Shown: positions 25,195-37,400 of the stretch, piece after piece
Layout of the letters: every line of letters begins with the position of its first letter
How positions within the stretch are numbered: position 1 is the stretch's first letter
Source: Podarcis muralis
Taxonomy: Eukaryota
Assembly (NCBI RefSeq): GCF_964188315.1
Contig: NC_135668.1
Location: 55,428,001-55,492,000, forward strand
Direction of reading: 5' to 3'
Length of the DNA: 64,000 bases
The notes under the pieces: generated by a model
The model's database searches: none
What the model was told of the DNA's origin: nothing
The model's input: the letters and a program-made list of their open reading frames with translations, nothing else
Made by a program: the position numbers and the translations under genes

Positions 25195-25871
25195 CTTTCG
25201 TAGATTTTCACGGGTATAGGAATGCAGGTTTTGGTGTCCTCGGGTGTCTTCCCGTGTAAAAGTTGGGGTGTCTAGGCGACGTTTCGACGAGGTCTCACTC
25301 GTCATCTTCAGGCTGGTGCTTTCGGCTTCTTGTTACTGGAACAGAGCTTGTTCTTGCTCTGTTCCAGTAACAAGAAGCCGAAAGCACCAGCCTGAAGATG
25401 ACGAGTGAGACCTCGTCGAAACGTCGCCTAGACACCCCAACTTTTACACGGGAAGACACCCGAGGACACCAAAACCATATATATATATATATATATATAT
25501 GCTTTCGTAGATTTTCACGGGTATAGGAATGCAGGTTTTGGTGTCCTCGGGTGTCTTCCCGTGTAAAAGTTGGGGTGTCTGGGCGACGTTTCGACGAGGT
25601 CTCACTCGTCATCTTCAGGCTGGTGCTTTCGGCTTCTTGTTACTGGAACAGAGCAGGATCTCAGTGTTTGAGTTCCTATAAATACTGTTGAGGAGGTGTG
25701 GTGTATAGGTGTGGCTATACACCACACCTCCTCAACAGTATTTATAGGAACTCAAACACTGAGATCCTGCTCTGTTCCAGTAACAAGAAGCCGAAAGCAC
25801 CAGCCTGAAGATGACGAGTGAGACCTCGTCGAAACGTCGCCCAGACACCCCAACTTTTACACGGGAAGACA
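25194..25871. mobile_element. Penelope-like element pseudo-LTR remnants arranged as two fold-back palindromes
   Basis: 154-bp direct repeat (25194-25347 and 25501-25654). Perfect inverted arms 25227-25347/25356-25476 and 25552-25708/25715-25871. (TA)n at 25163-25190 and 25477-25500. Contains the CTGAAGATG...CGAAACGTC motif typical of PLE terminal repeats. Confidence 0.8.
25392..25425 (+). ncRNA. Minimal hammerhead ribozyme core (PLE type); further copies at 25805-25838 (+), about 25278-25311 (-) and about 25585-25618 (-)
   Basis: CUGAAGA, U, stem II GACGAG/CUCGUC with loop UGAGAC, GAAA, CGUC (GUC cleavage triplet). The palindromic ACGU fits the dimer-type helix III of PLE hammerheads. Only about 2 bp of helix I are evident. 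Confidence 0.65.
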
Positions 25872-26034
25872 NNNNNNNNNNNNNNNNNNNNNNNNNNNNN
25901 NNNNNNNNNNNNNNNNNNNNNNNNNNNNNNNNNNNNNNNNNNNNNNNNNNNNNNNNNNNNNNNNNNNNNNNNNNNNNNNNNNNNNNNNNNNNNNNNNNNN
26001 NNNNNNNNNNNNNNNNNNNNNNNNNNNNNNNNNN
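25872..26034. other. Assembly gap (N run)
   Basis: 163 N. Confidence 1.
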
Positions 26035-26445
26035 TCAAAGGTCTGGAAACGATGCCTTATGAGGAACGGCTAAGGGAGCTGGGCATGTTTAGCCTGGAGA
26101 AGAGGAGGTTAAGGGGTGATATGATAGCCATGTTCAAATATATAAAAGGATGTCATATAGAGGAGGGAGAAAGGTTGTTTTCTGCTGCTCCAGAGAAGCG
26201 GACACGGAGCAATGGATCCAAACTACAAGAAAGAAGATTCCACCTAAACATTAGGAAGAACTTCCTGACAGTAAGAGCTGTTCGACAGTGGAATTTGCTG
26301 CCAAGGAGTGTGGTGGAGTCTCCTTCTTTGGAGGTCTTTAAGCAGAGGCTTGACAACCATATGTCAGGAGTGCTCTGATGGTGTTTCCTGCTTGGCAGGG
26401 GGTTGGACTCGATGGCCCTTGTGGTCTATTCCAAGTCTATGATTA
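26035..26445 (+). mobile_element. CR1 LINE 3' end
   Basis: [28 protein letters not shown]...RTRSNG.KL C-terminal CR1 ORF2 motif and a ctatgatt tail. Confidence 0.9.
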
Positions 26446-27326
26446 CACACACACACACACACACACACAATGTTCATATATATATGAACATTGGGAGAAC
26501 GTGCTAAATCCAGTCTATGGCACATCTAGTCCTGCATCCTGTTCTCACAGGGCCAACCAGATTATCATTAATACAATTATTTTTTCAATTTGTATACCAT
26601 TTACGGTTATAGTTACTGTACCCCATCACATTGATTGGGTTTCCCCGGCCATTCTTGGTAGCTTCCGACATATATAAAAACATAATAAAACATTACACAC
26701 TTGAAGGCTTATCAATACAGGGCTGCCTTCAGATTTTTAAAATATTGGTATTTATCTCCTTGACATCTCATGGGATGGTGTTCCCTAGGGAAGGCCCCAC
26801 TACCCAGAAGGCCCTCTGCCTGGTTCCCTGTAACCTCCCTTCTCGCAGTGTCAAGGACTGGGCAGAGGAGGAATGGTGGAGACTGCCTCTCCAGCCTAAT
26901 CCTTCCAGGGAAGAGGAAGAAGAAGACAGTTTAGATTTATAACAGGACTTGAGAGAGGTCACAGTTCAGAGGCAAATGAGGGGGAAAGTTGGGAAATAAT
27001 TATTTGGGAAATAATGGGAGAGGAAGAGGAGGAGGAAGCAGCGGGGGGGGGGGAGACAGTTGATGGACAAAATTTATTGTTAAGATGACATGTAGAACAA
27101 TTAAGTAGTGCAATAAATCATCAAAATATGGAACTTGGAAGACTGGGGGCCGAATCGCAGAGGCGTTCAGTGAAACACCCCAATGCCCCCCCCCCCGAAG
27201 TTCAATGGAGAGACATATGAGTTCCTTGGGTTTAAAGCAAATGTGAACATGTTTTTCAAGGTGAGGGAAGATGATTTTCAGACAGACCAGCAATGCTTTT
27301 TTGTGTGATTAAACTTCTGGAAGGAG

Positions 27327-27870
27327 TTGCCAGGTGATTTATTGATTAATCAGCATCCTTGTTTGTTGAGATTGGACAGCTTTATGACTCACCTCAAGTC
27401 CATGTTCCTGGACCTGCAGCAGAAATCTGCATGTACACAAAAGTTCTTGAAGCTGAAGCAAGGGTCTAACTCAGTAATGGAGTGCAGTACAGAGTTCAGT
27501 TTGCTGTTGCAGGAGCTAGTGTGGAATCAGGAAGCCTTGATGGCTATTTACGATACAGGGCTGAGTGAAACCCTGTTGGATGAGTTGGCAAGAATGGACC
27601 TCCCTGGAGGCATTGATGCAAGCGGCCTTGAGGCTCTATCAGAGGAAGCAGCAGAGTTGTGAGCCCTCAGCGACTCAGGTTCCTCAGCACATTTTCTTGA
27701 TGTCGAATTTGCTAAGGAACAGGGCATACCCATGCAGAAACTGTCGAATCCTTTGGAAGTACAGACCATTGATGGAAGACCCCTGGTGTCTGGGGTGGTT
27801 TCTCACACTACTGTGCTGTTGTCCCTGGAGCTACCAGCTCATCGAGAGCAAGCTACCTTCCACTTGGCAA
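27327..27870 (+). mobile_element. Ty3/Gypsy gag-protease fragment
   Basis: Gag-like LKQGSNSVMECSTEFSLLLQELVWNQEAL...GLSETLLDEL; after an in-frame TGA comes ALSDSGSSAHFLDVEFAKEQGIP (DSG aspartyl-protease motif). Confidence 0.8.
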
Positions 27871-28486
27871 AGTTGGCCACGTTTTCTCCCTCCCCTTAAC
27901 CGGTGTACAAGGATACACCAGTCGTTGTTGTTGTTGTTGTTGCTGCTGCTCTTGGTGTTACACCCCTGAGGTCCAAAATCCAAAAAATCACGCCTCTGTT
28001 GGTGACATACATACATGTGAGGAAATTGGTGCATGTGTGATTGAAGAAGAGATTTGGGAAAACTATTGAGCTCCCTTCAGATTACCGGTTTGCAGGTGGG
28101 CTGCTTGCTTTCCTGTGACTCGCCATTCCCAGTGCACCACTCCACAATAAATATGTATCATTATTTTTGCTCTTATTATTTTGTCTCACAGAGCACAATG
28201 CTCCATGGAGATAACTTTGGAACCAGTAATTATCTCAAACTGCTGGGTTTCATCATCCATCTTGCCAAATCCCATGTCAGACCATGAACGCAGTCAGAGT
28301 GTAAAGCTTATATCAAATAAATGCTGTGAAATTCAGAGCCCCAGTGAGAAATTCTGAACACACAGGATCTCATGGGTTAGATCTTTGGCACATCCCCTTT
28401 ATCAAAATAATCCAGAGCCAATAAACCTAATGCAATTTATGGTGGATGAGAGATAAATTTGCCATTCTGCATAAGTGTTGGTCAAG

Positions 28487-31400
28487 ATGAGAGGAGCATT
28501 TCTGCTGCTGATTCTTCTCTTCCTGTGGCTCCAGATGCCTCCAACTGAGTGCAAGGAAGACTCTGAGAGATGCACCATGACGGATCCTGTCCAGATATCA
28601 TACCAGTATTATCAGAGAGGGGACCTGATCATTGGAGGAATTATTAATACTTTTGGCTATGCATCTGAAGAAAAGAATTTCCAGGAGCATCCAAACACAG
28701 AATTTACAGATCAACTTTTGTAAGGAAATAACTATATCCTTCATAGTGTACACTTCTATATGCTGCTATAGGCTACAACTACACCATACAAACCATGGCA
28801 TGTTCAGAAAATGTTTGACTTCTTTTCCATGTAAGAAGGCTAAAAATACAATTTATTCTCTTTATATTGTGATAATATCATCTTCTCCTATGTTGCTTTA
28901 TTCCTCATCTGGAGGTTTCTGTCTTCTGCCTCTTCTGCTTTCTCCTCACCTGATCCCATGTTTCTCACCTGATCTCATGCTTGATCCTCTTCCTCCCTCG
29001 GTGTTTTATTCCACATCAAGGATGGATGATTTTACTTTGCAGCAAAGCTTGATCCCCTCATTCACAATCAGCATCATTCAATCTGACTGTCTCAGATGCT
29101 GTGATATCATAGATTCTGGATTACATTCCCTGTTGTACCATTTAAACAATCTTGGGTAAAAAACCCCTGAAGTGTTGCAAACTTCTCCCCCCCCCAAACC
29201 CCTCCCCCAAAGTATCTGACTGAGGTTTATGCAAAGCAGACCAACTGAAATTCGTACCTCTAGGTTTGTCTGATCTATTAAACGCAAGAGATAAGAGAAA
29301 TTTTTTGTGTGTGTGTGCGTTACAAGAATGTTCTGCACAAAATGCTTTTTAGATGTTGTTGTTGTTTAGTCGTTTAGTTGTGCCCGCCTCTTTGTGACCC
29401 CATGGACTAGAGCACGCCAGGCACTCCTGTCTTCCACTGCCTCCTGCAGTTTGGTCAAACTCATGCTGGTAGCTTCGAGAACACTGTCCAACCATGTGGT
29501 CCTCTGTCGTCCCCTTCTCCTTGTGCCCTCCATCTTTCCCAACATCAGGGTCTTTTCCAGGGTCTTCTCTTCTCATGAGGTGGCCAAAGTATTGGAGCCT
29601 CAGCTTCAGGATCTGTCCTTCCAGTGAGCACTCAGGGCTGATTTCCTTAAGAATGGATAGGTTGGATCCTCTTGCAGTCCATGGGACTCTCAAGAGTCTC
29701 CTACAGTACCATAATTCAAAAGCATCAATTCTTCAGCGATCAGCCTTCTTTATGGTCCAGCTCTCACTTCCATACATCACTACTGGGAAAACCAGAGCTT
29801 TAACTATACGGACCTTTGTTGGCAAGGTGATGTCTCTCCTTTTCAAGATGCAGTCTAGGTTTGTCATTGCCTTTCTCCCAAGAAGCAGGTGTCTTTTAAT
29901 TTCGGGACTGCTGTCACCATCTGCATTGATCATGGAGCCCAAGAAAGTAAAATCTCTCACTGCCTCCATTTCTTCCCCTTCTATTTGCCAGGAGGTGATG
30001 GGACCAGTGACCATGATCTTAGTTTTTTTGATGTTGAGCTTCAGACCATATTTTGCGCTCTCCTCTTTCACCCTCATTAAGAGGTTCTTTAATTCCTCCT
30101 CACTTTAGATCCTATATTCCTAAAGCTGACTGAATACTGATCATGGATTTCCAATATCAAGTGTTAGCAGGCACAATGCATATGAGATTTTTTGCTTATT
30201 TGTGTTATTTAATCTTTTGGAATTTGCTGGAAAAAGAAAAAAGGAAAAAAAAGAATACCTCTGACACATTGTGCAACTTTTTTTATTAGTTCAACACTGA
30301 AGTACTACCAGAATACCCTCTCCCTGGTGTTTGCTGTGAAAGAAATCAATGAGAACCCTAATATCGTACTGAATATGAGCTTTGGGTTCCACCTCTATGA
30401 TAGCTTCGTGAATACAAGGATGACTTATCAGAACACCCTGAAACTTCTGTCCATCACAGAAAGGATTGTCCCCAACTTCAAATGTGACAAGAAAAGAAAT
30501 ATTATAGCTGTTATTGGAGCACTTGACTCTGACATCTCCCTTGACATGACTACAATCTTAGGCATCTACAAGATTCCACAGGTATAACAATGGTAATAGT
30601 AATATAGTAATAGTAATATGGCACCATCTGACTGGGTTGAGCCAGCCACTCTGGATAGCTTCAACTAAGTTATAAAACTACAGTATAGCATCAAACATTA
30701 AAAAACTCCCCAATACAGGGCTGCCTTCAGATGTCTTCTAAAAGTCAGTCGTTTATTTCCTTGAAATCAGATAGGAGAGTGTTCCACAGGGTGGGTGCCA
30801 CCACTGAAAAGGCCCTCTGCCTGGTTCCCTGTAACTTCATTTCTCACAGTGAGTGGACTGCCAGAAGGCCCTCGGATCTGGACCTCAGTTTTGGGATGGA
30901 TGATGGGGTGAAGATGCTCCTTTACTTATACTGTGCTGAGGCCATTTAGGGCATTCAATGCCAGTACAAACACTTTGAATTGTGCTCAGAAACGTCCTGG
31001 GAACCAATGTAGATACTTTCTGACTGGTTTTATAAGGTCTCGGCAGCCACTCTGAGTCACCAGTCTAGCTGCTGCATTCTGGACTGATTGCAGGTTCCGA
31101 ACCACCTTCAAAGGCAGCCCCACGTAGAGGCTATTTCAGTATTCATAGCAGTAAATACTGAATATGTGAGCTGTGAAGTTTTTCTGCCTCTGGTTCTCCA
31201 TACTTCCTTTTTACCTTGGTTCATTTTTCTGAAAAAAGAAGTGAGAAAGAAAAATACAAAACTTATACAAAAGTGTCTGGCTTTTCTCATGTTTTTGGTA
31301 AAAAATCATACCTGGAAAAATAAATAGTTCACTCACTGATATTCAGGCAGCAATAGGAATCCTCCTCCCAGGAAGCTGCACAACACCAGCTGCGAGAGGG

Positions 31401-34400
31401 CAGAGAAACGATGCTACCCAGCTACTGCTGGAGATACGCACTAGGTTATGGTGAGATCTGGGATGCGGGTGGTGCTGTGGGTTAAACCACAGAGCCTAGG
31501 ACTTGCTGATCAGAACGTCAGCGGTTCGAATCCCCGCGATGGGATGAGCTCCTGTTGCTCGGTCCCTGCTCCTGCCAACCTAGCAGCTCGAAAGCATGTC
31601 AAAGTGCAAGTAGATAAATAGGTACCGCTCTGGCGGGAAGGTAAATGGCGTTTCCATGCACTGCTCTGGTTCGCCAGAAGTGGCTTAGTCCTGCTGGCCA
31701 CATGACCCGGAAGCTGTGCGCCGGCTCCCTCGGCCAATAAAGTGAGATGAGCACTGCAACCTCAGAGTCGGCCACGACTGAACCTAATGGTCACGGGTCC
31801 CTTTACCTTTACCTTTATGGTGAGATCAACATGCATCCATAAATGGATCCCCCCCTCATTTTTGCTTTTTTTCCTGTTCCACAAGGATGTTGAAGGAATG
31901 ACTGTGATGGCCCCTCCCAACCAGCTGGTTTGATCTATGCAGGCATTAATTTATCTATGAATGTCAGTTGCTCTCAGTTCCTCTTTTTCCAATCTGAAAG
32001 GGTGACCACAAAATTGGTGGTGCCCTGCCCCCCCCATTCTAAAAGGCCTCAAAAGAATAAATCAGCATTTCAGTGTTCATTTCTCCTATTTTTGTAAGCA
32101 TTTTTGCCTAATCCACATATTTACCTGCAATTTCTCCATGGTAGTATATTTTTGGGTTTTATTTTGACTAAGAATGGCACTTTTATGACCAGTGTCTCTT
32201 AATATAAGCATTTATTTTTGGTTGGAGAAGGGAAATGCAAAATACAGAAAAGGACAAAGGTCAAAGGACAGTTGCATTTTGGTTCACAAATTCGTTTCTG
32301 GAATTCTGAGTTATGTAAATTTGCATTAAAATGTGAATCCAACTGAATTTCTCTCCTGTTGCTTGTTGTGTCTCATCAGAAAGGGATGTTGCTTGTCCAT
32401 ATATTGCCCACTAGCCCCAGCCACTATAACTCAATGGTCAGGGATGACCACTTGGGGTCCAGGAAGCTCTGAAGGGCCATAGCTTCCTCGCTCATGTAGT
32501 GAACCATGATTTCCAGGTACAAAAGAGATTCTGGACACACAACCCATCCACAATTTTGCTGAGCTTTACTTCCTTCCTTCCAAAGAAGCAGAACTTGTAG
32601 GGAAATGTCCATAGCTTGCACTAGTTTAGTGGTGTATTTCAGGACAAAGTATAGGAAAACGTGAAGGCCTTATTTTGTTATCTTCTTTGGGGAGGGGGAA
32701 TGCAAAATAAAGAAGAAGAAGAGAACTAAAGATTTGAGCAATAATAATAATAATGGCTTCCAACAAAATATTAAAAATACAATAAAACAACAAACTTTAG
32801 AAACTTCTCTAAAGAGGGGTTCCTTCAGATGTCTTTTAAAATTCAGGTAGTTGTTTATTTCCTTGACATCTGATGGGAGGGTGTTCCACAGGGCAGCCTC
32901 ATAGACCTAATATCACATAAGAACTATTTCATTTTCTACATACTTCATTATAAATGATAAACCTGACCAAGATGTTGTCATTGATGAATAATGGATTCAG
33001 TGGTTTTATGTTATAACACTTCTAAAACAAGTAATTTGCTCTTCCATTCATTCAAATTCCTCCAATATACAAAACAAAAGAATATATCTTTACATTCAAT
33101 GAATTCTCATGGGTTCCACTTCAGGCAGTTAAGTGGGATGAAACCTAATTCTTTGCTATAACTCTCCCATTTTTGTGAGATTGATTTCTTCCTTAGATTG
33201 CTTATTGTGTATTAGCTCCAGTGAGGAGGACCGAGTTGCAACTCCAAACCTTCTTCCGGACGGTGCCCAATGAGAAATATCAATATGCAGGGATTGTCAA
33301 GCTACTTCTTCATTTCCAATGGACGTGGGTCGGACTTGTTGCTTCAGATGATGAAAATGGAGAGAAGTTTATGGAAATCTTAGGGCCAATTCTCTCCCAG
33401 CATGGAGTCTGCACAGCTTTCAATGAAAAACTACCATCCTTATCTCAAGGGATAGATCATTTCAGTTCACTGGAACTCATTCAGACGAAGTTCTCTTTCC
33501 TGATGGACTCAGACATCAATATATTAGTGCTGTGTGCAGAACCTCAAACTACTGCAGCTGTGAAATGGATGATTTATTTTTCTTCATTAGCTGAAGATAT
33601 TGCAGAGAATTATACAGGCAAAGTGTGGGTTTTGACAGCCCAATGGGCCTTCTCATCAGATACAATGCAAAAGTATTGGGATATTCAAGTCTTTGATGGC
33701 GCCCTGTCTTTTGCAATTCACACAGAAAAAGTCCAGGGATTTAAAGAATTCCTTCAGACCCTAAACCCCAATTCTCCAAATGGAGATGGGTTCCTCCAGA
33801 CTTTTTGGGAAAAGGCATTCGAGTGCTTATTTTCTGTTCCCAATGACCCCAATGAAATCAGAGACACATGCACTGGCAAAGAGAGTCTGGAGAGCCTTCC
33901 TGGGCATATTTTTGAAATGACCATGACTGGTCAAAGTTACAGTACCTATAATGCGGTTTATGCCATTGCATATACTTTGCATAAGATTCTCTCATCCAGA
34001 CCAAAACACAGAATGAGGTCAGGCAGAGGTGGACTCCATCCTTCAAACCTGCAACCTTGGCAGGTAAGACTTCATATTCAGAATAAATCTTTGCTTGGGA
34101 CTAATATATTGAATGATGACAGACGTGTAAAACAAATGTTCTTTTCAGTGCTTCCCTGTTTACCCTTGCCTTCACTTTGGAGCCAGAATCAATATATTCC
34201 CTGTTCTTCCCCTTCAAGTTGCAGAGGTGGAAGTATCTCCTACTGCTCTTCCTCACACAGAAATGCCCCCTCTTTGTTGAACTCAAGAATGTTGTGGAAG
34301 GAGCTGCATGTTCTGCTGTCCTATGTGTTTGTGATGCTGATATGTCAGGAGTGGTGAAGAAGGAGGCATGTTAAACTGTTAATATCAGAAAGATGGTATG

Positions 34401-37400
34401 ATTTTATACAGGATAAACCACTCCAGTACTTTCTTCAGGCAGTTCTTCTCACCTGTTGACATTGCACATACCACTGTTGTTTGTCTCTCAGCAGCCTATA
34501 ATAATATTTTTCTATAAAACCACTGAAAAATCTCCAACATTAAATATTTCCTCCAATATGAGTACTTTAAAGAGTGAATAGACACCAATCTTCATAATGC
34601 ATTCTGTATAAAATGGTTCTGAATCTAGACATGTTTCATTATCCATGTGATAATGTGCAGAGTCAGGGAAGAGAAAGGACAAATATCAAGAATGAAGAAT
34701 GCATTTGAAATTATTTAGCTATGTTTCTACCCCTGACTGCCAAAGCATTTCGTCTATATTCTGGAGCCTGCAATTCTTTCTGAACCAAAGAGGAACTTAT
34801 ATGGCTATTTTAAATGTAATTGTGCTTCTCTCCCAAAGCCAGGTGAGTGTTGGGAGTTTCCATTCCACCTTTAGTTGCAGACATGGGATTGTTACATGGC
34901 ACATGTCTGTTTACATTCCAGCACAGTTTGCTAGCATTAGCAGAACTTCTGCTGTATTGCTTTTGTTTTGACTCTCTCTCTGAGAAGTCGGCAAGGAGAG
35001 ACAACAGGTTTCTTTGTCTTGATTTATGATTAATAAATCCAAAGTTCATAGTATCAGCCTCTTCTGTTTGTGCGGTTTACACTGCTGAATATAGTGTGCT
35101 CAAGTCCGGGAGGCTTGAGTCACTGATTCATGTTGGAGCCATATGAAGTCGATGTATCCTTGCAGTGGCACGGCTGGAAGGAGACAATCCAGCTGGGGGC
35201 TAGCCAGCTGGCCTTTCGACCCCCAGATGCTGACAGTGAGCAAGGCAGTGCATTCCATGCCACCTTGGGGAAGGAGACACAAGGCCTCTGGAAGGCCAGG
35301 AAAAAAGGTGCCCCCTTGCTTATCAGGCTGTGAGGAGGTCATGACAAGTCTCTGGGAGCTTCCCAAGGCCTTCCTGCAACCTTCCCAGAGCCTAGGATGC
35401 CCCTCTCCGCCTTGTGCAGGGCACTTCCAGGGGTTCCTAATTTTGCACGATTTTGCCTTTGCACATGGACCCCCAGAAAGGAAGCCGTATATAAGTGCCT
35501 GGCCAAGTGTACTTCCTAGAAATCCATATGTGCTCCAAAGGTGGACCACACCATTTTTTACTCCTTTCCATTGTGTGACATATATCGATTGATACTTTTC
35601 ATATGCCTTGTTTTATTCTGTCCAGCTTCCCTCTTTCCTGAGGAGCATCTCCTTCAACAACAGTGCTGGGGACTTTGTGTCTTTTGATGAGAATGGGGAA
35701 TTGGCAGCTGGATTTGACGTTATTAACTGGGTTACTTTCCCCAACCAAACCTTCTTGCGAGTGAAAGTAGGAAAGATAGAACTACAGGAATCGCACTATG
35801 TTGACTTCAGCATGGATGAAGAAGCCATCACATGGCACAAAGCATTCAATCAGGTGGGAGTGGACTCTTGGTTTTCAAAAAAGGTAGCATTTTTATTAAT
35901 ATTAAGAATACAAATACAAGAATAAGGTCCGGTGTTAATAACATTCTTAAGTTCCGTTATTGCATGAAGGGGTTACTACAAGGGATTAAGCTCTCCTGCC
36001 GGTCTTAGCCAGGTCACATTAATGTAGGACTGGAGGTAAAAGGGAAGGCAAATGATCCCTTAATGGTTAATTCCAGTCAAAAGGGACTATGGGGTTGTAG
36101 CGCTCATCTCCCTTTTCAGGCCGAGGGAGCCAGCCTTTGTCTGCAAACAGCTTTCCAGGACATGTGGCCAGCATGACTAAACCGCTTCTGGCACAACAGA
36201 ACACTGTGACGAATGCCAGAGTGCACGGAAATGTTGTTTACCTTCCCACCACAGCGGTACCTATTTATTGACTTGCACTGGTATGCTTTCAAACTGCTAG
36301 GTTGGCAAGAGCTGGGACAGAGCAACAGGAGCTCACCCTGTTGTGTGGATTTGAATCTTTGACCTTCTGATCAACAAGGAGCTCAGTTGTTTAGACTACA
36401 GGACCACCTGAGTCCCTGTGTAGGAGTAAATCCTGTGTTACCAAACAACACACATATCTCAGAAGTATGTTACCCACTTGCGTAGAAGAAGAAGAGGAGG
36501 AGGAGGAGGAGGAGGAGGAGTTTGGATTTGATATCCCGCTTTATCACTACCCTGTGGAGTCTCAAAGTGGCTAACATTCTCCTTTCCCTTCCTCCCTCAC
36601 AACAAACACTCTGTGAGGGGAGACACTTCAAAGAAGTGTGACTAGCTCAAGGTCACCCAGCAGCTGCAGGTGGAGGAGCGGGGAAGTGAACCCGGTTCAC
36701 CAGATTACGAGTCCTCTGCTCTTAACCACTACACCACACTGGCTCTGAATGAAGGAAGAGTACTTGTCTTGTAGTGTTTCTCTGAGCCTAATGTACATGC
36801 TTTCTATTTTTCCATCTCTGCCAACTCCCTGTAATTCACAATCTGTTGTCTTTCCTAGTCTCCTTTCCACCCACCATCTCATACAGATGAAATATTCAAT
36901 TTCTCTTCTACTTGACTCCCAATATTTATAAAGCAATTTATTCACACATACACAACCATTCTGGAATAAGATGAATCTGCCAAATGATCTCGTCTTTTTG
37001 GTTCAAACTGTGTTCTTTACCATGCAAAAGGGAGTTTCCTCTTCTCCTCTCTTTCTGTCTAGGTGCTGCACCTTGGTTTGTGCAATGATCGGTGCCAGCC
37101 AGGCTACAGCCGGAAAAAGAAGGAGGGGCTGCCATTTTGTTGCTATGACTGTGCTTCATGTCCAGATGGGATGATTTCAAATCAAACGGGTAGGAGACAT
37201 CATCTGCTCTTTTTAAAAATGCTTCCTAGTCTATTTCAACAGTTTCCCCTTAATAACAGTTCAGTACTCACTCCTAAACAGAACAGCAGTTGCACTCAGA
37301 TCTGGAAGAAAGAAGACAGACACAGAGAGTGGGGCAAACTAGAGCCACAACTTTAACCTTGACAAAGTAGATCTGTGGAAATAGGTGTGGATCATGTCCA

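Noticed and set aside
25194-25871. CRISPR-like or bacterial repeat array
   Set aside because: There are no unique spacers and no cas genes; the repeats are inverted PLE-type terminal sequences in vertebrate DNA.
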